Shown piece by piece: positions 17,292 through 30,705 of a stretch of 64,000 nucleotides of DNA. This DNA is from the human T2T-CHM13v2.0 reference genome, Homo sapiens, in NCBI RefSeq assembly GCF_009914755.1, contig NC_060927.1, one strand, 5' to 3'. The first letter of the stretch is position 1, and each line of letters opens with the position of its first letter. A program made the translations under genes and the position numbers. The notes under the pieces were generated by a model. That model made no database searches. It was not told the DNA's origin and saw only the letters and a list, made by a program, of their open reading frames with translations.

Positions 17292-18705
17292 TTATCAGAA
17301 GGTCACTAAAGAAGCACAATCACGGACTAGTTTGGGGGAAAACACGGGACTTCCACTGGGCAGGTGCAGTCCAATAAAGAAATCTACTGTAAAGCACTGA
17401 ATTTACAACTCGATTTGCTGGACATTGTTTTAGAAAAGCAAATCCACATTAAACACCATGACTGCATTTTGTTGTTGTCAGACTTTAAGCCTAAAATAAC
17501 TATGTCAAAGAGTGTGGCAAAGAATGAAGTACTCAATCAATACCTTGCTAATGACAGTTCATACCTGGGCCCCTGATGAAATACATCAGTCCACGTGGAT
17601 TGACTGGGCTATAGTTACTAAAGTATCAACTTGGATAGATACTAAGTTGGCTATTTAATGTAGGTTTTATATCTTCTTCAGCTTTAATTATTTTTTAAAT
17701 CAGGGGAAAAAAACTTCAAAACTCTTAAACTTTTTCTGAATAGACTGTTAGCATGAAAAATCTATCACTTTAACATTAAAATATGACTTTTCTTCCTTTA
17801 TCTGACTGCTCTACTACATATGCCCAGTAAATACATTCCTGGATCCCCCAAAGCACATAGGAGAGTATATACAGGGCTTCTTCCCTATGTGTGTGTGTTG
17901 CGGGGGGTGGGGGGGGGGAGATTCTAGGGCTCAAAGGGAGGAAATATACTTTGCATTCTTTTTTCATTCAAAAAACTGTATTTCAAAAAAATTTTTTTAA
18001 CTAATTTTTAAAGTTCACTTCAATTTGAAAGGTTTATAATGAGTATAATGCAAATGTTTGCTTCATACAGTATTATGTCAATTTTAAGCAAACACAATGT
18101 GAGGATAATACCATTTAACCTAGACCAAAAAAAAAAAAAAAAAGCACTGATGAAAATTTGCTATATATGGTTCTTTTTAAATGCCTCCGTCTCCACAGTC
18201 TGGTCTTTACTTGTATTCCAGTGCAGGAGATAATTGTACCAAGTTACATAGGTCCCCTCAGTTTCATTATCCAGGTTTTTTGAAGAAATCACGTTTCCAG
18301 AGGCCCTAAAAGGACTCTAGAATAAAATAACAACTAGGAAGTACTTATTAGTGTAACACACCAGTGTCAGTGACTAACATGTAAGTGCCGAATTCTTGCT
18401 AGTGTGCTGAGCCTCTGACCTCCGTTGAAGCACTGAATCCCTGCAATCCTATTTATGCAGCTGTCAATATTATTTATCACCATTACAGGTGAGCAGGCTG
18501 GTACTTAGAGAGGTTTGGGAACTTGCCCATAGCCACAAATATGTGATTTGAATACAGGTGACCCATTTGTGATTTCCTGCTCTTCATCCCTCACTGCTGA
18601 GCTGCCCATTCAAGCCATATACACACTTGCCTTTTTTAAGTGGAGTTTTACAGTTGATTCTCTTGGTATGTTTTCATCAAGTCCACCATTTTTGCTGAAT
18701 CCCAA

Positions 18706-19002
18706 TTTTTTTGTTTGTTTGTTTTTGGGAAAAGGTCTCACTCTGTTGCCCAGGCTGGAGTGCAGTGGCATAATCACTGTATTCTCGACCTCCTGGGCTC
18801 AAGCAATCCTTCTGCCTCAGCCTTCCAAGTAGCTGGGACTACAGGTGCATGTCACCACAGCCAGCTAATTTTTGTATTTTTTGTAGAGGGAGGGTCTTAC
18901 TATGTTGCCCAGGCTGGTCTCAAACTCTTGGCCTTAAGTGATCCCACTGCTTTAGCCTCCCAAAGTACTGGTATTACAGGAGTGAGCCATCACCTCGAGG
19001 CC
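18706..19002 (-). mobile_element. AluJ-like SINE
   Basis: Alu dimer consensus. Confidence 0.9.
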
Positions 19003-19193
19003 TGAACACCATTTTTAATACAAGATTGTATTCATATAATATTCTGAGAAGAAACAATATTAAAATAGTCTTTCCAATGGATAGGGTAGGGAAGATCTTC
19101 ACAAAAACCAAAAGGATTACACTCAACAAGAGCTCTATTTTAACAGTCTAACACCTGATGATACTGATGTATTGGGATTTTAAAGGAGATATG

Positions 19194-19485
<292 letters not shown>

Positions 19486-19631
19486 GAAAGAAAGAAGGAA
19501 AGAAGGGAAGGAAGAAAGGAAGGAAGGAAGGAAGGAAGGAAGGAAGGAAGGAAGGAAGGAAGGAAGGAACGAACGAAGGAAAGAAAGGAAAGGAAAGGAA
19601 AGAAAGAAAGAGAAAAAGGAAGGACAAAAAG
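19486..19631 (+). repeat. (GGAA)n / GA-rich compound microsatellite
   Basis: Long GAAG run flanked by GAAA and GGAAA units. Confidence 0.95.
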
Positions 19632-20320
19632 AAAGGAGATATGTCAGGCTTCATAGAAACTCAGTTTCCTAATTTCTTCATGGAGGAGGGTGATTCTGTG
19701 ATCTTAAAGATTCTTTCCAGCTGATGGGCACCTTTCTGAATATTCAGGCTTCAAAGTAACAAAATAGTGATGTCGGAAGTACTGATGGTAGTAAATACTT
19801 GGCGGGCCAGAGGAAGGCATGGCGTCCTTTTGTGAGCCAAATGTGATTCCAACAGTCACTGAAAAACACCAATGTGCCCAAACCTCATGCCCGAACTTCA
19901 TACTTGTTTACCAAGCAAAATTGGGCCATATCCATAGAATCAATTTCAAAAGAGCAAATAACCTGAGATTTTTAAATGATCTGCCCTGTAAACAGGTCAG
20001 TCTGTACTGGACTTGCTGATTCAAAATTGAACTGCAGCTGTATCATCTACGGTTACTGTTTCTTAAAGTAGCAGTGCAAGCTGTTCATGGCAACACTGAA
20101 GCCTGGGCAGCCGGCAGCCACACCTCTCTTCCCTGTCACCTGAGTAGACATTTGTAGCAACTGAAGGTAAATGTCTGTAATGGATGTCAAAGAAGGAAAC
20201 ATTTTTACTGGTATCACACATACAGTGTATTGTCTTAGCTTTAAAAATCTTTTCCTTTCATTCATGTTATAAACCTTCCTTTCCCAGCAGAACCCTAGTC
20301 CAAACCCTGTCTCCACAGAC

Positions 20321-20533
20321 CAGGGGTGCTCATCTGAGAGTGATGTTGCACCCCAGAAGAGACTTGGCAATATCTGAAGACATTTTTGGTTGTCATAACC
20401 GAGGAGGTGCTACTGGCATGTGGTGGGTAGAAGCCAACGGTGCTGCTGAACATCCTACAGTGCACGGGACAGCCCTCACAACAGAGAATTTGCCCTGGCC
20501 AGAATGTCCATGGTGCCCATGCAAAGAAACCCT
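20321..20533. mobile_element. MER20 (hAT-Charlie) DNA element
   Basis: ttggcaatatctgaagacatttttggttgtca...gctactggcat...aacatcctaca pattern. Confidence 0.8.
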
Positions 20534-21029
20534 CCTGGCAATGTTTAACAAATAGTCTCAGGGGCTTTAAAATTTATTTAATCAACAAAAATGTTTTAGC
20601 ACACCTTCTGTGGCCACTGGGGATACAATGGTGATCATTCTAGAAAAAGGCCTTTTCCCATAGAGTTTATGTTTTAGAACCAGCATCCCTCCTCTCTCGG
20701 AATTCCCCAGGCTCCCAAAGACAAAGAAACAATGTTCATATCATTTTTTAATTCTCCCGGAAGGGAGGAGGTGGGAAAGAAAGCTGAGGGAGGAACATAC
20801 ATGCTGATAATGACCATTCCTAGTAGAAGATACAGGCAGAGCTGTGGAAAATCACAGAACCCAGGAATCAGGACCCTGGTTCGGAATTTTCTGAATCACA
20901 TGCCGCCCTCCCACGGTATACAGCTAGAGCTGAGAACACAGCAATGGAACAATAAATGCCCCTGGATGGATCAGGTTAAAGAATTTCAATAGTTCCACCA
21001 GGAGTTTCCTCTTTAATAATATTAATGTA

Positions 21030-21240
21030 ATAATGGCTCCCTTTTATTAACCATGTATTATATGAAAGGGTTTTGCACATATTATCTCTAATTCCTACAG
21101 CAATCCTGTCAGGCTGGTTTCATTATCCCCACTTCACAGATTAGGAAACTGAGGCTCAGTGAACTTGTTTTTAAGTAGCAGGTCTGGGTTCTTCTCCTGG
21201 TCTATCTGGCTCTGAGGCCCATGACCTTCCCCTTAAACTA
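21030..21240 (-). mobile_element. MIR
   Basis: cacagattaggaaactgaggctcag core. Confidence 0.7.
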
Positions 21241-21470
21241 GGCTGACTCCCAGTAATAACTGAGCAGTCATTGTCAGCATAGGTGTCCCATAGCACATCT
21301 TGTGTCATATCCCTCCGTGGGCCCACCTACTGTTTCTGCCTGTCAATCTTGCCTCCCCACCATATATCTAGCCACACTGCTGGCAAAGCACAGAGGTGGA
21401 GGTGCAGGAAAGCGCTAGATGCCACTAGAATCCCTGGCAAAAAAAATACCCCCAAATGTAATATAAATAA

Positions 21471-21805
<335 letters not shown>

Positions 21806-22944
21806 CATTTTATCCTTTTTCTTATTCCAGAAATGCTGGGCCCCCAATAATTGAAAAGACCACATATCATGTTGTACATGCATACATGATCTCCTTTTAT
21901 CCTCATTAAAACACCTTAGGTAAATAATAGTTGCAACCCCACTTTAAAGATAAGCAAACTAAATCTGAAGGTGGTAAGGTAACTTGCCCAAACATACACC
22001 ATTGGTTAGTGGCAGATCTGGGACTTGAACCAAAGGTTACCTGACAACCATGCCCTTAGTCATTAGCCCAAACTAAACAGCTCCTGCATGACCAATATTC
22101 AGCCTGGCACCCTCATAAAAACACTGCACCAAGCATGGCCCCAGCTGTCCTGCAGCTTACAATCCTCCATTCAGACTTCCCAAATATGCCTTCCCCATTA
22201 AACCCCACTTTTAAAGATATAATTGCTGCAGCCTAAGCTCATTAAGAAAGTTCATGGAGATAGATACCTCTGTAAATACCTAAGGACACTATCTTAATCA
22301 TTACCTGGCTATCTTTTATCAGACCACAGCACCACTTACAATCCATATGTATGCCTAGAGATGCTTCTTACAAAGTAAAGAAGCTGAAACGGTTTCTTCG
22401 AACCCTGCTGCATCTTTGCCACTCAAAGTGCAACCAGGCAATGGGTAGCATCACCCGGGAGCTTGTTGGAGCGGCAATCTCCAGGTCCTCATGAGACCTG
22501 CTAAATCCTATGTGATTTGCATGTACATTAGAGTTTGAGACATGCTGGCCTATGTCATCTAAATCAAGTTATCGTAAGAAATGCTAACTTGGAAAGTAAA
22601 ATCTAATGAACTACAGCATCACAAGACAAATGTAAAAATCACTATTGTCACAAGCGCATTTGTCATCACCCAAAGACATCAAGAAGAAGTTATCCTTATA
22701 TGTGAAGGACAGTTCTGTAAAAGCACTTAAATATGGGTTTTCAGGCAAGGGCTCTCTTCTTTTCTCAGCAAATTCCGAGGCAGGGAGTCCTTGGCTTAAT
22801 CATCTCCCATGAAACTGGCTCTTGGTTTCCTTATTTGTAAAATTAAGAGGTAGAGCCAGATAACCTCTTAAGTCCTGTCCAGCTCCGATACTTTAGGATG
22901 AGAGAATTGTGTCCCATCTGTGTTCATGCTCACAGGAAAGCCAT

Positions 22945-23160
22945 GTGCAGTGGGGTTAGGGACACCAGGGCTTGGAGTCATACAGTCCTAATTCAAATCC
23001 TGTTTCTGTTCTATATTGCTGTGTGACCTCAGGCAAGTTACTTCTCTGGGCCTCAATTTTCTCATCTGTAAAATGTTGCTGATATATCCTACTTCAATAA
23101 TGTGAGAATTTTATGGATAATCATGTACAGTATCCAGTCCAGTGCTTAACACGAATGAGT
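22945..23160 (+). mobile_element. MIR
   Basis: tgtgacctcaggcaagttac...ctcatctgtaaaatg core. Confidence 0.75.
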
Positions 23161-24569
23161 AAATTGTAGTTCATATTAACAAGTTAAAGTGGGAAAAGAT
23201 GTCTGAAACAGTATGTGGTACAGTATATCCAATTACTCGATACACATGCCCAATACACAGGCACACAATAAATGTTTGCTGAAAAAACCAATGATGACAA
23301 TATTCCATCCTATGTGAGAGATAATTTTGTTTCAGCCAAGAGAACCCACCTTAAAGGGGAAGACTTTAAAGGCAGAGTTATATCTTCTAAATGCCAGTCT
23401 TCCTGTTGGATTTACAACATCGGGCTCGGCTGTCAGAGGGAAAATTTGTACAGCCCAGTTACATGATTAAGTATGCCCCTCGTATGCCATTCACTCCATT
23501 ATAGATGATTTCATTTTAATCACTGTTAGATAGATCTGTGGCTTGCGGCTACACCAGCTTCCTGTCTGATCAAGAGTCGCATACAAAAATGGCCCAAGCC
23601 CTATTACTGACAGTTAATAACGCATCTACTGAAAATATATACATCATTTAAAGGTTTTATTTCTGCATGTTTATTTGATTTTGATTTCTCCCTGCCTTCC
23701 TATGGTCATTCCTAGTCTATCTTACAGCTCTTTAACAGTAGCAACTGGGGCTCCTTTCATCTTGAGATATATTAATCCCTTCAGTACATGGAGGATGGGT
23801 AGAGAAGTACAGCAGTGTTAAGAGTTTACGACAAAATTAAGAAAGACCAAGTTGTGAACCATTCCCATGACAGATCACTAAATTGTTGCCATGTGCCCCG
23901 GGTTTGGAAGTAAGTTTAAATGGTCTCTGTAATATTAAAAGCAGAAATGTTTTTGAGCAGCTAGTGCCAGGTAAGGACCAGAAACTTTTCTGAGTGAGGA
24001 TGTGAAAGGCCCTCATACTTTTCTGCAAGAAGCAACCACTGACCTGAGGTAGAAAGGCTGGAAGTACTCTATGTCAGGGCCTTGCCCTGCCAGATGTTCT
24101 CAGAGGACCTTTACCCCTCACAAAAAATAAAATCCTGGGCCATTTAGAGTTTACAGATTCAGGAGGGCAAGTGTGGGAAAAAGACAAGAAAAGTTCAGAT
24201 GCCAGCCACTCTGTCCCTGTCAACCATGGCCCTTCCATCCAGTCTCCTCCCCAACCTAGTCCCAGTAGGCAACTCAATGAACAAGGATGACTTTGGGGTC
24301 CCTTTTGTCAAGCTCAGCCCTACCTTCCCATATCAGATTTGTTATTATGGAACACACCATTGGAATGTATTTTGAAGTACTGCACCCTTTAGGGTGGGTC
24401 CCTGTAGAACTCAACACTTCTCAGAATTCTTCATTGATACTACTGAAACATTCAGCATGTGAGATATCCCTCCTGCGAGGACATGGCCCAAGGTGTAGTC
24501 ATGTTTGCAATCTTATAACCTGGAATGGTGACTGGTAAATAATATACTCAATTGATATGATCAATACCT

Positions 24570-24740
24570 AGAGCAGTAACTCTCAAGTTTGGATATCTAT
24601 GGCATTTGTTACAAATCTACCTTTCACCACAGAGGTCTGAATGAGTAGGTCTGGGGCAGGGTGGGGAGCCTGTATTGTAACAAGCACAGCCAGGTGATTC
24701 TGATGGGCGGATGAGGGAATACACTTTGAGAAACACAGGC
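24570..24740. mobile_element. MER5A-like DNA element
   Basis: cagaggtctga...aggtctggg...caggtgattctgatg...tttgagaaaca. Confidence 0.7.
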
Positions 24741-25015
24741 TTGGTGGAGCTAAACCATGATTGGGTAGGGTTGGTGACAGCTGTATATGATGGCTCACCT
24801 TTCTGATGAAAAAAAAAAAAAAAGTCTGCAAATACTCAGCACCTACTGTGTACCAGGCACTGTAATGTGCACTCTCTGGAGTCACAGACATGAGGAAGTT
24901 AGATCTATCCAAGGAAAGGGCCAGTAGTCTGACGTGACCAGGAAGAGTGGACAGACTGAGTGGTAATGTGGAGTTGAAGAGTGGTAGGTGATAAGGTTAA
25001 AGAAGAGGTGGGTTT

Positions 25016-25290
25016 GGACAGGGCGCCTCTAATCCCAGCACTTTGGGAGGCTGAGGTGGGAGAATTGCTCGAGCCCAGGAGTTTGAGACCGGCCTGGGCA
25101 ACATAGTCAGACCCTGTCTCTACAAAAAATACAAAAATTAGCTGGGTGTAGTAGCACATGCCTGTTGTCCCAGCTACTTGGGAGGCTGAGGTGGAGGGAT
25201 TGCTTGAGCCCAGGAGGTAGAAGCTATAATGAGTCATGACTGCGCCACTGCACTCCAGCCTGGGTAACAGAGAATGCCTGTCTCAAAATA
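25016..25290 (+). mobile_element. AluJ-like SINE
   Basis: Alu dimer with a TA-rich tail. Confidence 0.88.
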
Positions 25291-25469
25291 TATATATATA
25301 TTCATATCTTATATTTTAAGAGGTGGGTTCCACTTAAAAAAGCAATATATGAATGTATACCATAATCTCTAAGTCCACAGTTTTCCTTAAAAAAAAAAAG
25401 TAGGGAATCTTTTATTGAAACTAAAGGGGTCTTTTTATATATGTATGTACGTATATATGTAAGTATTTG

Positions 25470-25767
25470 TAGAGGCGGGTCTCATTCTGTCAACTAGGCT
25501 GGAGTGTATTGGTGTGATCATAGTTCACCGCATCCTCAAATTCAGGCTCAAGCAAACACCTAGGCTCAAGGGATCCTCCAGCCTCAGCCTCCCAAGTAGC
25601 TGGGACTACAGGCTCTTGCCACCATGCCCGGCTAATTTTTTTTTTAAAATAGAGACGAGGTATTGCTATGTTGCCTAGGCTGGTCTCAAACTCCTGGCCT
25701 CAAGAGATCCTCCCTCCTCAGCCTCCTAAAGTACTGTGATTGCACGGATGAACCACCACATCCAGCC
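25470..25767 (-). mobile_element. AluJ-like SINE
   Basis: Alu dimer with a small internal aggctcaag duplication. Confidence 0.85.
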
Positions 25768-26726
25768 TAAGGGGTCCCATTTCTAAAAACAAACCACCAC
25801 ACCACCACCTCTCAAAGCTGCTCTGGTAGACGTAGTGGTGGAGATCCAGAATCCCTACTGTCTGGATCACACAACTTCATAAAAGAGGTCCTCTTAGGTG
25901 GTAAGAGACATAAAGTAAAAATCTGCTGCTATGGCAGAGGAACAGGGCAAAGGAGTTTTGGAATGGTAAGATAAGGCGTATGTTTAGAAGGCTAACCATG
26001 CCAGTCCAGGTGGGGGATGCCTGGAAAGGGGCAGAGCTTGGGAGCAGGCAGGAAGCTAAGAGCCGGCTAGGAGGTAACTGGAACTAGACATAACCAGAAC
26101 CTGCAGAGAGAGGGCATGGAGAGAGGAAAATGGCTTAGACTTGGATCAAGTTTTCCCAGGGGAATTAACAGTATGAAATATAGAACTGGATGGAGGAGGG
26201 TGCTTGAGAGAAAGAAGATTCAAGGATCAAATGGAAATTCCAATTCTGAAAAACTGGAAGTATGTCAGGATGGTTAACCAACACGTGGTCAGCAGAAAAG
26301 AAAGAGAATAGAGAGAAATGAGCTCAGTCACTGAAGAATCAGTACTGCATTTAAAGTGCCTGTGGATTTCCTTAGCTTTCAGACATGTGTCCAGAACTCC
26401 GAAGAGAGCTGAAGGCTGGAGATGGAGACTTGCAAATGATTAGCAGAGTAATGGAGCCACCACAGGAGAAGGTGAAGTCACTGCGGGTAGAATTCAACAA
26501 CACCCTGTTCAGGGTATTCAGTGCGGACTGACTTGTGCTAGGCTCCAATCCAGGAGCTAAGGACAAGGCATCCGGGACGAGAACTCTGCCCTCATGAGGT
26601 TTACATCCTAGTGGGAGAAGACAAGCCAATGGTGGTAATGCTATGGAGAAAATAAAACAGGGTCAGGGGCTCGGGGTGTGTGTGTCAGGATGCTTGCGCC
26701 ATTTCATAACAGTGGTCAGGCAACAT

Positions 26727-27099
26727 AAGATGGTTTGGCTGTGTCTCCACCCAAAATCTCATCTTGAATTGTGATCTCCATAATCCCCATATATGTCAAG
26801 GGCAGGACCAGGTGAAGGTAACCGGATCATGGGGGTGGCTTCCCCCATGCTGTTTTCGTAATAGTGAGTGAGTCTCATGAGATCTGATGATTTTATAAGT
26901 GTCTGGCATTTACCCTGCTTGCACTCACTTGGTACTGCTGCCCTGTGAAGAAGGTGCCTGCTTCTCCTTTGGCTTCTACCATGATTGTAAGTTTCCTGAG
27001 GCCTCCACAGCAACGTGGAACTGTGAGTCAAACCTCTTTCCTTTATAAGTTACCCAGTCTTGGGTAATTCTTCGTAGCAGTGTGAGAACAGACTAATAT
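26727..27099 (+). mobile_element. THE1 (THE1D-like) MaLR solo LTR inserted in L2 sequence
   Basis: atggtttggctgtgtc...atgattgtaagtttcctgaggcc...agaacagactaata, flanked by L2-like sequence (~26500-27780). Confidence 0.85.
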
Positions 27100-29499
27100 G
27101 GAAGGTCTGAGAAGGTGACATGTGAGCAGAGGCTTGAAGGACAGGAAAGAGCAGGGCAAGCACTGATGGAGGTGAGAGCACTCCAAGCAGTAGGGGGTGT
27201 CAGTGGCTAAGGTCCCTGCTTGGGATGAAGGCGAAAGAGCAAGGGGACCGATGAGCAGAAAGAAGGGCATGGCAGAAGGGAGAGTGACAAGGGAGAAAAG
27301 GGTCCTGGGTGGGGCAGGAAGAGCTGCAAAGCTTTATGGGTTCCTGTAAGCCCTTTGGCTTTTCCTCGGGGGGGCGGGGGTGGGAGGTGGTTACAGATGA
27401 CTCTAAGATTTCTGGGCTGGGCAACTGGAAGGATAGACTTGCTCTTAACTGCTCTTATCTGAGATACAGATAGAAGGAAACAAGTTTGGGAAGGCAGTTG
27501 AGGAGGTAGTTCAGTATATGTTGAGTCTGGTTGTGTATTACATTGGACATCCATGGAGACAAAGGGGAAGGAGCACTGGATCTAAGAGTGTAAGGTTTTG
27601 AGAGTCACCAGAATTCAGGTGGACCTGAAAGCACTGTGACTGGATGAGATCCCTGGTGTAAATGGCACAAAGAAGAGGCCTGAGGCCTGAGTCTTGTGGG
27701 AAAAAACTCAGAGGCGAGCGGGTCACCATAAGATCAAAAGGAAGCAGTTAGAGACACATAACCCAGAGTGGCTTCCAAGAATCAAGACAGGATAGTTTTA
27801 AATGTCCAGAAAAGGGGAGAAAAACTCTTCAGCCTGTACCCCCAATCTAAAATTACCTTCCTCAAATGCCGAAATCCTTAACCATACAGTCTAATTTTTT
27901 AACCAAATAAGGACTTATTGGAGTTGACTATTAAAAATACTAATAACTTTACAGAGGAGTTCTCCAACTCATCCAGTGAGGGGAATGAATTTAGGTTTCT
28001 GGCTTCCCAACACAGAATTCAGACAAGCTGCTCCAGAGACTGTTTGTTGGGGTGTGGGTATGGGGAGGGGTTGGTAGCTGGGGAGCATGGTAATGACAGT
28101 GTTAGTAGTTTATGCTTAGGAAGCTCCTTCTACCAGCTGGCACCTGTTAGGTGTTGTACATCATGTCTCTCATTTAATCCTCAGAACTGCCCTGTGAGAC
28201 ATAGCCTATGACTATCCCATTTTACAATGAAAGTGAGGCTTGGGGCAGCTAGATGGCTTGCTCATCAGCACACAGTAGGCTGGAAAGTAGGACAGGCCGG
28301 GAGGTAGGATGCCAAAGGGGAGTTTTAAGTAGCAAGAGGCCTTTGCATGCTATGGAACTCAAAAACCGATGTCATCTTGCCAGGCAGACATTGGCTATGC
28401 TGCAGGTAAGGCTGCCTTGGAGGGCTCTCCTGAGAACCTCACCAGTCTCTAGAATGTTGTTTACCTGGGGAGAAAAGTTACTAATGAACTTCTAGATCAT
28501 AATGTGTTCATAACCTCAAGGGGGAGAGGGGCACCCTATATAAAGGTAATGGATTCCCACAGAAGGAGAAAAAGTTCAATAAAAATTATGAGTTGTTTGA
28601 TCGGGCAAAATGAATTCATATGTACAATATTGGAACTCATTATAATTTCTAAATTAATACAGCCATTTCTATTAAAGATCTGGACACTGTGGCAATAATG
28701 TATTTCATTTGATGATCGACCTTTAGAGAACAAAAATGTGTAAATCAATAGTATAGATATAGTTTTTGTCTTCATTAAAGTTACTATAATCTTAAGCTAC
28801 TAGTCTTAAAAGATTGTGTTATCTGTAGTATTGACATTTTAGACCAGTCCTTAAAAGTGTTGTTCCTACATGTAAACTAATTTTAGACCTGTTTAAAAAG
28901 AAACTCTCTTGATACTGTTTCCACCAGTCAGCAGTATTCACAATTTAGACCACAGGTCCAGGTTTAACACCTTGAAAACAGATACCAGGTAACAATAGCA
29001 CAGTTGCAGCACACCTATGAAAACAGACACGATTTCATTCTGCTAAGGTCTGCCAAAAGCACGCTTGTTATGACAGTATAATGCTCTCTTAGCATCCCAT
29101 AATGAAAGTGAAAATGTTTTGAAAGAACGAAACTCACTCCATCTCCCCCACCCCCAACTTTTTTGGGTCTCCGGCAAAGAAAATGGCAGCAAGTGACAAT
29201 TCTTATAGACGGGTGCTATAAGAACCCAAAAGGAAAAAAGAAATGAGCTTGTCTTAACCAAAAAAAAAATGAATATCACTTTTTTAAAACAAAATCTTGC
29301 AGTCATTTTATGCAAAGCCTTTTAAAACCAGATTTGTGTGTACCAAGCAAACTTCTCAGAACACTGTCACACATTTCTTCCTAACACTTAGCCAGAGTAG
29401 ACACGGTTTCATCAAAATTTCCAAATGCTCTTGGGACAACCTTGAGGTGTCATCATTGGGCACCCACTGCAGGGCAGACACTAAGAAGGGGCTTTGCAT

Positions 29500-29900
29500 T
29501 CATCCATCTATTCATTCATAACAATTTCTGGTGTTCTTACTAGGGACCAGGCACAGTTCTAGGTCCAAAATGTCCAAAAACAAAAATCCACTGCTCTTTT
29601 ATCCTTAACTGAGGGGAGGTGTTGAGGAGCTGGGGAGACAGACTGAAAGTAAACAAATTCATATATAATAAAATCCAGCTGCATTAAGCATTAGGAAGAA
29701 AAAGAAGGCAGGGCAGGAGAATACAAAACGAGGGAGCAAGGTTTCTATTTTAGATACGGTAGTCAGGGGGTCTTTCTGAAAAGATGGCACCTGGGTTGTC
29801 CCTTGAGAAAGCCATAATTCACCCCCTTCCTGACAAGGTCAGCTGCTGCTCATTATTGAATCTCCAGCGCATAGCAGGTGTGTGGCTCCACTGTAGGTGT
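29500..29900. mobile_element. L2 3' fragments
   Basis: cattcatccatctattcattca...ccaggcacagttctagg L2 tail pattern. Confidence 0.6.
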
Positions 29901-30465
29901 TCAGGAAATACCTGCCCAGTGGATGAGGAAGAACTGGAAGAGGAGTCCACGGCAGCAGCGGCCGGACACGGGGTGGGAGCGCCCGCCGTGCAATAATCAT
30001 TGCACCACCGCACACCTCCCAAGGGATGGGCAACTTTTCCGAGCGCTGTCACAGCTGAGGTCGTGTCCTGAGCTCCCAGGCGCCCCGCGGGGTAAGCAGG
30101 ACAGCCCTCTCCCTGCAGCAGGGACGCGGCCACCCCCAGCTCGCCTACCCTCTCCCACGGCCCTGCCAGCACGCCGCGTTCCGATCGGAAGGGAACAAGG
30201 GGTAGAAAGTGTTGCCGAAACTTTTCGGGCTGCGCTGTCCTCCCCCGGCCCGGAGGCGAGGACGCCGAACAGCCGCCCGGCGCGGCCCGAAGCTGGCTTC
30301 CGACCCGGCGGGGCGAGTCCCGGGGTGCGCAGGCGGACGCGCGGAGGGGCCGAGGTCTGTGCCACAGCGGAGCGGGGCCGGGGCGAGGGGCCGCGCCGAG
30401 ACAAAGCGGCGGTGGCGGCAGGACCCGGGTCGGGGCCGTGCGCGGCGGGCCCCGCGCCCCCTCAC

Positions 30466-30641
30466 CTGTCGAGCCAGAAGGTCCAGGACGAGTGCAGCGG
30501 GACCCCGCCCGGCTCAGGCTGCAGCGCCGACAGCTGCTGCAGGCCGAGCGGCGGCTCGGGGGCGGCGGCAGCGGCGGCGGCGCGGGACCCCGGCGGCTCC
30601 CGGGCCCCGGCGGGGGGCGCGGCGGCCGGGGGCAGCGCCAT
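30466..30641 (-). CDS. EIF4E3: EIF4E3 coding exon 1 (176 nt; MALPPAAAPPAGAREPPGSRAAAAAAAPEPPLGLQQLSALQPEPGGVPLHSSWTFWLD + AG)
   Basis: ATG at 30641-30639 (AAAATGG context), PLHSSWTFW eIF4E N-terminal motif, donor GACAG|gtgagg, located in a CpG island. Confidence 0.97.
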
Positions 30642-30695
30642 TTTCTCCGCCCCGCCTGCAAGGCCGGCGGACGCGCGGACCGCGGGGCGAGCGCG

Positions 30696-30705
30696 GCTGA
30701 GTCAC
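30696..30705 (-). promoter_or_regulatory. AP-1 / ARE-like site GTGACTCAGC in the EIF4E3 proximal promoter
   Basis: RTGACTCAGC core ~55 nt upstream of the ATG. Confidence 0.45.
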
